A DNA stretch of 38,987 bases. Source: Candidatus Altimarinota bacterium (GTDB lineage Bacteria; Patescibacteriota; Gracilibacteria; UBA4473). A program made the position numbers and the translations under genes. The notes under the pieces were generated by a model, which saw nothing but the letters and a program-made list of their open reading frames with translations, made no database searches and had not been told where the DNA came from. Shown here piece by piece: positions 19,912 to 29,011 of the stretch. The number at the start of each line of letters is the position of its first letter. Positions within the stretch are counted from its first letter, which is position 1. The stretch is from contig JALVIB010000017.1 in assembly GCA_027028725.1 (NCBI GenBank), positions 1 through 38,987 of the forward strand, read 5' to 3'.

Positions 19912-20226
19912 ATGTTCTGGATTTACTTTTTGCTGACGATGTTTATGGATTTAGCGTCAATGTTTTTCGCGAAAAAATATGTTTTGACGCATAATTATCT
20001 TTGGTTAATCGCGACGATTATCGGATTTATGATAATGGGATTTCTGATGATCGCCATGATGAAATTCAAAGGCGCGGCGATTGTTAATATTCTTTGGTCA
20101 GGGGGAATTGCGATTGGGAGCGTCCTTTTGGGATACTATTATTTCCACGAAAAACTGACTTTTTTGCAGTTAGTCGGAATTTTTATCGTAATTGTGGGGA
20201 TGATTTTTATTGAGCTTTTTAAATAA
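19912..20226 (+). CDS. SMR/DMT-family small membrane transporter
   Basis: 104 aa, four TM helices, LWSG...YFHEKLT...GI motif. Confidence 0.8.
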   Translation: MFWIYFLLTMFMDLASMFFAKKYVLTHNYLWLIATIIGFMIMGFLMIAMMKFKGAAIVNILWSGGIAIGSVLLGYYYFHEKLTFLQLVGIFIVIVGMIFIELFK

Positions 20227-20518
20227 CCCCCTCGCACCCTTGTCAGGGGGGAAATTTTCGCGGGATATTTCACGGAAGAATAGAAGAAATTTAGAGGTCA
20301 GAAGAAAGTAGGGGACGGTTTCAAACCGTTCCTACCAAAACATTTTATTTTTTGTGATGTTTGTAGGGGCGATCCCTTGTGGTCGCCCAATAATTTGAAT
20401 TACATTTTTTGGACACCCATAAAGGGCGTCCCTACAATTTTTCGTAAAATCCCGCGAAATTTCCCTTCCACTTGTTGTCAAAATAAATAGAATGTGGATG
20501 ATTTTTAATAAATTTTTG

Positions 20519-21856
20519 ATGACTTACCCACTTTCCCCACTCGACGGACGATACGCTGAAAAAGTAAAAGCAGTCGCCCATATTTTTTCTGAATTCGGTC
20601 TAGCGCGCGCACGGACAAAAGTAGAAATTTCCTGGCTGATGTTTTTGTCCGCCGAAGGAATTGCACCAAAAATTTCGCGGGAAACTACGGCAGAACTAAT
20701 GGATTTGTTCAAAAACTTTTCCGACGAAGACTTTTCCGAAATCAAGAAAATAGAGCAAAAAACAAACCACGATGTCAAAGCGGTGGAAATTTTTCTGCAA
20801 GGATTTGTGCCGAAAGAATTGTGGTCGTGGATTCACTTTGGTTGCACTTCTGAAGACATCAATTCCACTTCTTACGCGCTGATGTTGCAACAAGGAACAA
20901 CCGAATTGAAAAAATTTATCTTGGAAATTACTGCGGATTTACGGAAAAAATCCGCCGACTGGAAAAATGTCGCGATGCTTTCGCGGACACACGGACAAAC
21001 CGCCACACCAACAACTTTGGGGAAAGAGTTTTGCGTGTTTCTGATGCGGACTGAAAAAGTTTTGAAAAAATTGGAATCAGTGGAATTTCCCGCGAAATTT
21101 GCGGGAGCAACCGGAAATTTTGCCGCACACAAAGTCGCTTTTCCGGATAAAAACTGGCCAGAATTATCACGAAAATTCATTGAGGAGAGACTTGGACTGA
21201 CTTGGAATGGGATGACGACACAAATTGAACCGCATGATAATCAAGCGGAATTATTGAACGAAATTTCGCGGCTTTCAACGATTTGGATTGATTTGTGTCG
21301 CGATATTTGGGGCTACATTTCACTCGGATATTTCGGGCAAAAAACAGTCGCGGGCGAAGTTGGATCATCAACAATGCCTCACAAAGTGAATCCGATTGAT
21401 TTTGAGAACGCCGAAGGAAACTTGAAACTGGCACGAGGAATTGCGCGAACTTTGAGCGACGAATTGCCAATTTCTCGCTGGCAACGAGATTTAACAGACT
21501 CAACTTTGCAAAGAAATTTAGGGCTGGTTTTTGGTCATTTTTTACTCGCTGGGAAGTCTTTGAAAAAAGGGTTAGGGAAATTAGAACTGCGCGAAGACAA
21601 AATTTCGCGGGATTTACAAAATGCTCCCGAAGTGCTGACCGAAGCGGTACAAACCGTTATGCGTGCACACGGACACGCCGATGCTTACGATCAATTGAAG
21701 GCATTTTCTCGCGGAAAAGCCTTATCTTTGGAAGAAATCCGCGAATTTATCACGCAGACAGATTTACCGAATGAGGTTAAAGAAAATCTCGCGAAATTAA
21801 CTCCCGAAACTTATACCGGATATTCCGCGGAATTGGTGGATTTGTTTTTGAAGTAA
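20519..21856 (+). CDS. purB: Adenylosuccinate lyase
   Basis: LSPLDGRY, TNHDVKAVE, RTHGQ and GSSTMPHKVNPIDFENAEGN motifs. Confidence 0.97.
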   Translation: MTYPLSPLDGRYAEKVKAVAHIFSEFGLARARTKVEISWLMFLSAEGIAPKISRETTAELMDLFKNFSDEDFSEIKKIEQKTNHDVKAVEIFLQGFVPKELWSWIHFGCTSEDINSTSYALMLQQGTTELKKFILEITADLRKKSADWKNVAMLSRTHGQTATPTTLGKEFCVFLMRTEKVLKKLESVEFPAKFAGATGNFAAHKVAFPDKNWPELSRKFIEERLGLTWNGMTTQIEPHDNQAELLNEISRLSTIWIDLCRDIWGYISLGYFGQKTVAGEVGSSTMPHKVNPIDFENAEGNLKLARGIARTLSDELPISRWQRDLTDSTLQRNLGLVFGHFLLAGKSLKKGLGKLELREDKISRDLQNAPEVLTEAVQTVMRAHGHADAYDQLKAFSRGKALSLEEIREFITQTDLPNEVKENLAKLTPETYTGYSAELVDLFLK

Positions 21857-21872
21857 AATCCCGCGAAAATTT

Positions 21873-22385
21873 TCACCGCAAGGCATATAAGGCAATCCCC
21901 GTGGCGATGGAAACATTGAGCGAAGTTTTTTGTCCATACATCGGGATTTCTAAATGTAAATCACATTTGTCCAAAGTTTCTTCGGACACTCCCGTCACCT
22001 CGTTCCCTAGAATAAGCGCCATTTTTTCGATTCCTGAAACATTTTCCGTAAAAATTTCGCGGGATTTTGGTGTCTGTTCCAAGGCCACAATTTGGAAACC
22101 ATCTGCTTTTAATTTATCTAAAAGTTCAGCAATGTTCTCAACTTTTTCCCATTCAATAAAGTCTTCCGCGCCCAAGGAAACCTTTTCAATTCTACGATCT
22201 GGGGGACAACCTGTGTAGCCACATAAAAAAACTTTGTTCCAGCCGGCTCCGTCCGCTGTCCGAAAAACAGATCCAACATTATGCAAAGAACGCAGGTTCT
22301 CCAAAATAACCACTCGTTTTTTCGCGGGATTTTTACTCCCTCTCCCCCGGGGAGAGGGTTGGGGTGAGGGCTTAATAAAATTCAT
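21873..22385 (-). CDS. TrmH/SpoU-family RNA methyltransferase
   Basis: LENLRSLHNVGSVFRTAD, ILGNEVTG and IPMYGQKTSLNVS motifs. N-terminus contains a repeat-derived PSPQPSPRGRG. Confidence 0.92.
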   Translation of the reverse strand: MNFIKPSPQPSPRGRGSKNPAKKRVVILENLRSLHNVGSVFRTADGAGWNKVFLCGYTGCPPDRRIEKVSLGAEDFIEWEKVENIAELLDKLKADGFQIVALEQTPKSREIFTENVSGIEKMALILGNEVTGVSEETLDKCDLHLEIPMYGQKTSLNVSIATGIALYALR

Positions 22386-22391
22386 TGCCAA

Positions 22392-22796
22392 TTATTCTTC
22401 GGTTTCTTTTTTCTCTGTGTCGAAAGTTGCGGCTTTTTCTAGTTTTGCCGCTTCCTCAGCTGCCGCCAGTTCTTTCTTTTGTTTCGGAGTAAGTTTAATT
22501 TTATGAACTCGTCCTTTCTCTTTATTTGTAGTGTGTTGCGGATTGTGTCCGGCTAGTTTAGCTTTTTCCGCAGCTTTCTCGGCAGTTGTTTTAAACCCCG
22601 CTTTTTTCGCGAGTTTTTTCAAAGTCTTAATAGCTTTCGCTGATAATCGCATTCTTTCCACTCGTCCGGTTTCCGGATTCCACATTTTTTTCCAGAACAA
22701 ATTTGGACGGAAAGTTCGTTTAGTTGCTTTCAATGAAAAGGGACGATTTTGTCCGCTAGTTGTCTTTTTTCCGGTATGTTGACAGACTCGAGCCAT
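22392..22796 (-). CDS. rpmB: 50S ribosomal protein L28 with C-terminal Lys/Ala/Glu-rich extension
   Basis: MARVCQHTGK...TKRTFRPNL...RLSAKAIKTL. Confidence 0.92.
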   Translation of the reverse strand: MARVCQHTGKKTTSGQNRPFSLKATKRTFRPNLFWKKMWNPETGRVERMRLSAKAIKTLKKLAKKAGFKTTAEKAAEKAKLAGHNPQHTTNKEKGRVHKIKLTPKQKKELAAAEEAAKLEKAATFDTEKKETEE

Positions 22797-22916
22797 TTTA
22801 AAATATGTATTAAATCGGCGCGATGTTATGAAATTTTTTTGTTTGGTCAAGTTTTTCTACTTAGATTCTAAAAAGAACCGCAACAAAAGTGAAAAAATTT
22901 ATAAACTTTTGTTGAA

Positions 22917-23358
22917 ATGAAAAAATATATTAAATCGTCTGCAAAGAAAGTTATCAGGATATGATAAAAATAAATTCAATAATAATTTAGATATTTTATT
23001 TGATGATTTGAATTCAGAAGAATTATATATAGATGGAGTTCCTGAGAAAATTAAAAAAGCTAAAAGTTATGTAAAAAAGAATATAAAGTTTATTTTAGAA
23101 GACAATCGAACATTATCAGATTTAGATGCTAATTTATTGAAAAAGCTGTAAAAGTATTAGATTCTGGTATTGATTTCTTTTCGAATGCAGATAAATATAC
23201 CATTTTAAAGAATAAAAAAAGGAGAACTTACAGGAAATGTTTTTGAAGAACAATTAGGTGCAATTGGTGAAGTAGGGAAGCTTGCTTTGGATGTGATAGA
23301 TTCATTAAAAGGAATAAAAGATTTCCCCTTAGCAATCAGAAATAAATTAAAAAAATAA
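22917..23358 (+). pseudogene. Frameshifted AT-rich hypothetical gene
   Basis: ATG 22917 followed by three overlapping frames (NILNRLQRK..., IEKAVKVLDSG..., GELTGNVFEEQLG...KK*) joined at or near A/T runs. Confidence 0.5.
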
Positions 23359-23467
23359 AGAAAATAATTTTGAAAATTTCGCGGGATTTTAAACAACCCC
23401 CTCTAGCTCCCCCTTGTCAGGGGGAGAATGGAAGGAATTATTTTTGATTTTCTGCTAAACTTTTCCC

Positions 23468-24019
23468 GTGATGGAAATTTTTTACAAAGAAAGTAAGCGG
23501 GCGCGGAATGTGCGGATTAAGATTAATTTTTACGGAAAAGTGGAAGTTGTATATCCCGCGAAATTTTTGCTAGGCGGAAAAAAATCCGCGAAAAAATACG
23601 CGGAAAAGTTTGTCGCGCAAAAAATGCCGTGGATTGAAAAACAAGTTGCCAAAATCTCGCGAAAAAACATTAATCCGGTTTTAAAAATAGATTCTCGTGA
23701 ACATTTTTTAATCCACAAACAGCAGGCGCTTGATTTTGTCACGGAGCGCGTGGAGTTTTGGAATCAGAAATATGGTTTCCAATACAACGAAATTCGCGTG
23801 AAAAAACTGAAAAGTAACTGGGGAACTTGTTCGTCAAAAAAAGTTTTAACTTTTAATTACAAAATTTTATTTCTCGCGCCACATGTCGCCGATTATATTG
23901 TCGTGCACGAGATTTGTCATTTGCGGGAAATGAATCATTCCGCGAGATTTTGGGCGCTGGTAGAAAAAGAAATTCCCAACGCGCGGGAACTTCAAAAAAA
24001 TATCGGAGCTTTGGATTAA
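23468..24019 (+). CDS. YgjP/DUF45 (M48/SprT-like) zinc metalloprotein
   Basis: KSNWGTCS and YIVVHEICHLREMNHSARFW motifs. Confidence 0.9.
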   Translation: MMEIFYKESKRARNVRIKINFYGKVEVVYPAKFLLGGKKSAKKYAEKFVAQKMPWIEKQVAKISRKNINPVLKIDSREHFLIHKQQALDFVTERVEFWNQKYGFQYNEIRVKKLKSNWGTCSSKKVLTFNYKILFLAPHVADYIVVHEICHLREMNHSARFWALVEKEIPNARELQKNIGALD

Positions 24020-24185
24020 TTTCACGGGATTTTCCTTGCCCTCATTCCCGCGGAAGCGGGAATCTAGACTTTAAAATAATTCCTTAAACTTCCCCCTTGA
24101 GAAAGGGGGATTGAGGGGGATTTGTTAAAAATATTCTTCTTTTCTCTGACTTTTTTTATGAGAAAAAAAGTCAGCAAAAAACTCA

Positions 24186-24324
24186 CCTCGCAGTATTCCA
24201 ATTTCTGAAATAAAACTCTTCAGAATCTAAATTCGCAAACGTTCTCAAAAAATAAACAATAAGTTCACTGTGCGAATTTTACGATTTTTTCAGAGATTAT
24301 TTCTAGAAATTTCCATAGGCGAGG
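24186..24324. repeat. About 140-bp nested inverted repeat upstream of uvrB
   Basis: CCTCGC/GCGAGG ends; AATTTCTGAAATAA..CTCT pairs with AGAG.TTATTTCTAGAAATT; AAATTCGCA pairs with TGCGAATTT. Confidence 0.6.
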
Positions 24325-24434
24325 AAAATTGGAATTGATTTAATTATTTTTTCTGAATAAATGCCCCACCGCGAAAATATTCTTGCAAAAAGTTCGTTTT
24401 TTTGTAAGAATCTCCCAGTTATAATTATTTCCCA

Positions 24435-26462
24435 ATGTCTCAGAAAAAAAGCACCGAAAATCCCCACCGCCTTGCGGGGCACAGCGCGAAATTATTTAAT
24501 TTAGTTTCCGAATTCAAGCCAACTGGTGATCAGCCAGTGGCGATTGAGAAACTAAATCAAGGTTTAAATGATGGCTTGCGTCACCAAACTTTACTCGGGG
24601 CGACGGGGACAGGGAAAACTTTTACTATGGCGAATATTATCGCTAAACAGAATAAACCAACGCTAATTCTCGCGCATAATAAAACGCTGGCGGCGCAACT
24701 TTGTGCGGAGTTTCAGCAGTTTTTTCCCGATAACGCGGTGAATTATTTTGTTTCTTATTACGATTATTACCAGCCAGAGGCGTATATGCCACGAACGGAT
24801 ACTTTCATCGAAAAAGAGGCAACCATTAACGAAGAAATCGCGAAATTTCGGCACGCGGCGACCCAAAATTTGCTGACTAGAAAAGACACAATTATTATTT
24901 CCTCAGTTTCTTGTATTTACGGAATTGGGAGTCGCGAAGATTACGAAAACGCCGCTTTTACAATTAAAAATGGGGAAGAATATCCGCGAAAAGAGTTTCT
25001 GAAAAAGTTAGTTGATATGCGTTACGAACGCGTTAAAGCAGATTTTTCGCGGGGAACTTTTGAAGTTTTGGGCGATGTTATCACAATTTTCCCGCCAGGT
25101 GGAGATATCGCTTACCAGCTGGAATTTTGGGGCGATTCTTTAGACAAAATTTCAGAAATTGACGCTTTTACGAGCGAAGTTTTTCGCGAGTTAGACGAAA
25201 TAACTCTTTTCCCCGCGAAACATAATATTACTTCTCCCGCGAAAGTTGAGCAGGCGATTGCCAAAATTGAAGCCGAGCTAAAATCCCGCGAAAAACAGCT
25301 TCGCGATATGGGAAACCCGTTGGCGGCGCACCGCCTTCACCAGCGAACGATGTATGATATTGAAATGTTGCGTGAAACGGGCTACATTTCCGGTATTGAG
25401 AACTACACGCGATATTTAAACAATACGCCAGAAGGCGCTCCACCGACAACTTTAATCGACTTTTTTCCAGACGATTTTTTATGTTTTGTTGATGAATCGC
25501 ACATTACGATTCCGCAAATTGGCGGAATGTATAACGGAAATTTGTCGCGAAAACAGACCTTGATTGAGCACGGGTTTCGGCTTCCTTCGGCGATGGATAA
25601 TCGTCCGTTAAAATTCGCGGAATTTGAGCAAAAAATCAAACAAGCCATTTATGTTTCCGCGACTCCGGGGAAATATGAGTATGAGCATTGTCCAAAAGAC
25701 CAAATTGTCGAGCAGATTATTCGGCCGACGGGATTGCTTGATCCAAAAATCGATGTTCGTCCGACCGAAAACCAGATTGACGATTTAATGAACGAAATTG
25801 ACGCAACAATTAAGAAAGGATTTCGTGTGCTTTTGACGACCGTCACCAAGAAATCGGCCGAAGATCTCGCGGAATATTTAATCGAAAACGGAATTCGCGC
25901 GAAATATTTGCATTCGGAAATTCAGACTTTTGAGCGCGTGGAAATTTTGACAGAGTTGCGAAAAGGAACGATTGATGTGGTAGTCGGAATTAATCTTTTG
26001 CGGGAAGGATTAGATTTGCCGGAAGTGGCTTTAATCGGAATTTTGGACGCTGATAAACGCGGATTTTTGCGGTCGCGAGATGCGATGCTTCAAATTATCG
26101 GACGAGCGGCGCGAAACGAGGAAGGTCGCGTGATTATGTATGCGGACACAATGACCGAGGCGATGCAAGAAGCCATTTCCGAGACAAATCGACGGCGCGC
26201 GATTCAGGAAGCGTATAACAAAAAACACGGAATTACGCCGAAGACAATTATCAAAAAAATTGTAGATATTTCTAAAGACTTGTCCGGCGGAAAACCGCGA
26301 AATTTTGAAAAACTCACAAAGAGCGACCAAATCGGACAAATGATTGTTGAACTTGAATTAGAGATGGACATTGCAACCAAAAACCTTGATTTTGAGCGCG
26401 CGGCAGCACTGCGTGATCAAATTGAGGAGTTGGAGGAAAGATTAAGGAAGATGAAGCGGTAA
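24435..26462 (+). CDS. uvrB: Excinuclease ABC subunit B
   Basis: PTGDQP, GATGTGKT, YYDYYQPEAY, DESH, GINLLREGLDLPEV and C-terminal UVR domain. Confidence 0.98.
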   Translation: MSQKKSTENPHRLAGHSAKLFNLVSEFKPTGDQPVAIEKLNQGLNDGLRHQTLLGATGTGKTFTMANIIAKQNKPTLILAHNKTLAAQLCAEFQQFFPDNAVNYFVSYYDYYQPEAYMPRTDTFIEKEATINEEIAKFRHAATQNLLTRKDTIIISSVSCIYGIGSREDYENAAFTIKNGEEYPRKEFLKKLVDMRYERVKADFSRGTFEVLGDVITIFPPGGDIAYQLEFWGDSLDKISEIDAFTSEVFRELDEITLFPAKHNITSPAKVEQAIAKIEAELKSREKQLRDMGNPLAAHRLHQRTMYDIEMLRETGYISGIENYTRYLNNTPEGAPPTTLIDFFPDDFLCFVDESHITIPQIGGMYNGNLSRKQTLIEHGFRLPSAMDNRPLKFAEFEQKIKQAIYVSATPGKYEYEHCPKDQIVEQIIRPTGLLDPKIDVRPTENQIDDLMNEIDATIKKGFRVLLTTVTKKSAEDLAEYLIENGIRAKYLHSEIQTFERVEILTELRKGTIDVVVGINLLREGLDLPEVALIGILDADKRGFLRSRDAMLQIIGRAARNEEGRVIMYADTMTEAMQEAISETNRRRAIQEAYNKKHGITPKTIIKKIVDISKDLSGGKPRNFEKLTKSDQIGQMIVELELEMDIATKNLDFERAAALRDQIEELEERLRKMKR

Positions 26463-26735
26463 AATTTTCGCGGGAAATTTTTAGAAATTAATAGTTAAAA
26501 GTTAAGAGTTAATAATTATTTTTCGTGGGAAGATAAAGAGGGAGGACTCCCATATAAGTGGGAAAATCCCGCGAAATTTTTCTCGTCATTGCGATCCCGT
26601 CTTGCGGGGGTGGCAATCTCCTTCCTTTTCTATTCCTTCTTATCGCGGAATACATAATTTTTATGGAAAAAATTTGAAGTAGATTGCCACGGTCGTTCCG
26701 CTCCGCTATACTCCCTCGCAATGACAATTTTTTAA

Positions 26736-27572
26736 TTAAACCATTAACAATCCCCAATACCAATCAATAATTTCTTGCCCACTGTGTAGGAATAATAACA
26801 AGCTTGGCATCAAAAAAGCGCCCATCGGTAAAGCGAGTTTTCCAGAAATTCGCGGGATTTTTTTCGCGAGTTTTTTTTGAAATATCAAAATTGGCAAAGC
26901 GACGATAGTTCCAAGAATGTAGGCGACAAATAAAGATCCGAGTAAAAGTTTCCAGCCGAGTAAAATTCCCATCAGCGCGCCAAATTCAAAATCTCCTTGT
27001 CCAACTCCTTCGCGTTTTAATAAAATTTTTGTGCCCCAAAATTGTAAATAATAAAACAAAAATCCCGCGAAACCTCCGATTAAATAAAGCGAATAATCTG
27101 CTCCGTTGTAAACTTTCCAGCCCGCCCAGAGAATCGCGATAAAAATCGCGGGAAACGAGATACGGCGGTCAACTTCCATGAATTTTAAGTCGTAAAAGAA
27201 AAGAATTAAAATCAGAAAAACGGAAGTTATTAAAAAGATGAAATCTATGTCAAAAAATACCCCCGCGGAGCGGGGCGCGGCGTGAAAAAATTTTTCTGCG
27301 AAAATATAGAATGTTATAGCGAAAGTAAGCTCTACTAACGGATAAAAAAACGGGATTTTTTTTCCACAATTTTTGCACATTCCACGCTGACAGAGCCAAG
27401 AAAAAATTGGGATAAGGGAGAGTGCGGAAAGTTTTTTTTGGCATTTCGGACACTTGCTTCGTCCCGCGAAAATTCCCGATTCATCGAAATGTAATCGCCA
27501 AATCAGCATTGTCGAAAAACTTCCGAGCATAGCTCCGAGGATGGCAAAAAGGATTGGATAAAGATTATTCAT
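26736..27572 (-). CDS. pilD: Prepilin peptidase (A24)
   Basis: GSF, RSKCPKC...CKNC, YDL and GQGD motifs. ATG 27572 lies 7 nt after TAAAAT. Confidence 0.92.
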   Translation of the reverse strand: MNNLYPILFAILGAMLGSFSTMLIWRLHFDESGIFAGRSKCPKCQKKLSALSLIPIFSWLCQRGMCKNCGKKIPFFYPLVELTFAITFYIFAEKFFHAAPRSAGVFFDIDFIFLITSVFLILILFFYDLKFMEVDRRISFPAIFIAILWAGWKVYNGADYSLYLIGGFAGFLFYYLQFWGTKILLKREGVGQGDFEFGALMGILLGWKLLLGSLFVAYILGTIVALPILIFQKKLAKKIPRISGKLALPMGAFLMPSLLLFLHSGQEIIDWYWGLLMV

Positions 27573-27822
27573 TGGTTGGATTTTAGTAGTTTGTAAATAA
27601 AAATGCGAAAATTTCGCGGGATTTTCAAAAATCGTTGTCATCTCGACCGATGAATTTAAGCTTAAAAACAGAGTAGTGGAGAGATCTCAACAAAAGATTT
27701 CTCCATTCTGTCCTAACACAAGTTTTAACTTCCAGTCGAAATGACAAAGGAAAAAACTTCGCGGGAATTTTTGAGAAATCACCCCCCGCCCTCTTTGAAA
27801 AAAGAGGGAGCCAAAAGAATTT

Positions 27823-28794
27823 TTACGAACAAAACTTCACAATAAATTTTTCTACTGCGAGTTCTAATTCGCCAGTATCATTACTAGTTGATTGGATTCC
27901 ACCGGTTTTGATTTTCATATCAATATCAAAAAGGGCGTCATACATCATCTCAATTTTTTCCCGCGAAAAATTACGCGATAAAGGAAGTGTTTTTTTGACT
28001 GTAAAAGGATGTAGTTTGGTTTCCTGCGCAATATCTCGTTCAGATAAATTTCTTTCCAATCCCTCAATAATTTGAGCGTGAATACGGATTTCCCGCTGAA
28101 CCATCGAAAAAATTTGTTGTACTGGCGTGCCACTAATTAATAAATCGCGGAATTTTTGAATTGCTCCCTGCGCATTGCATCTACTCATATTTGTCAGAAA
28201 ATCCCAAATTTCCAGCTGGGGATTGGGCAAAGTCAGAGTTTCGATAAAATCCCGCGAAATTTCTCCATTTCCTGCGGAAATAAGTTTTTTTATCTCACTT
28301 GATAAGCGCCATAAATCGTCTCCACATCGTTGCCAAAGTTGGCGGGCATTTTCCCGCGAAATTTTGCCACCTTCTTGTGCCGTAAACTTCTCAATCCAGC
28401 GAATAAGCTCGTTTTCGGCGAGTTTTTCAAATTTTTCGGTGCGCGCCTTAGCCAATAAAAATTTAGAAAATTTTGTCCGTTTATCTAACTTCGGCGCAAC
28501 AATCATCAGCGAACATTCCGCCTCGTAGTCAGGGAGTTTTTCAAAAAACTTTTTTTTCGCGGATTTTTCATATTTCTCCGCGTCCCAAAAGTTTTCGCAA
28601 ACAATTAAGCGTTTTCCACCAAACAAATTCGGCGTGAAAACAGAGTTTTCCAAATCAGCGTAAGTGTCCTCCTTGCCAAACAAAACAATTTCTCCGTCAG
28701 GATATTTCTCGCGAAATTTTTGTTTATAGAATTTTAACCGATTACTTAATCGGTAGGAATCTTCGCCAGTTAGTAGAACTAGGTTTTTTATCAT
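27823..28794 (-). CDS. holA: DNA polymerase III delta subunit
   Basis: LLTGED, LFGGKRLI, LDKRTKF, LSSEIKKL, HPFTVKK and DMKIKTG motifs. Confidence 0.92.
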   Translation of the reverse strand: MIKNLVLLTGEDSYRLSNRLKFYKQKFREKYPDGEIVLFGKEDTYADLENSVFTPNLFGGKRLIVCENFWDAEKYEKSAKKKFFEKLPDYEAECSLMIVAPKLDKRTKFSKFLLAKARTEKFEKLAENELIRWIEKFTAQEGGKISRENARQLWQRCGDDLWRLSSEIKKLISAGNGEISRDFIETLTLPNPQLEIWDFLTNMSRCNAQGAIQKFRDLLISGTPVQQIFSMVQREIRIHAQIIEGLERNLSERDIAQETKLHPFTVKKTLPLSRNFSREKIEMMYDALFDIDMKIKTGGIQSTSNDTGELELAVEKFIVKFCS

Positions 28795-29011
28795 TTTTCT
28801 AGTTTATTATAGGAAAAACGATTGATTTGGAAAATTTCCCGCGAAATTTTGGCATTGTCCTTTGATAGCGGGATTAATTCCTTCAACCGCTCGTTTCTTG
28901 CGGGAAGTCATTTAATCGCGGGATTTGCAACCTGTTTTTTTAATCCTCAAAATTCTTGTATTTTTTCGCGGGATTTCCTAAACTTAATATGAAAATAATA
29001 AACAAACAAAA

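Noticed and set aside
22917..23358. Programmed frameshifting
   Set aside because: Three separate shifts in an orphan AT-rich gene are better explained by decay or homopolymer errors.
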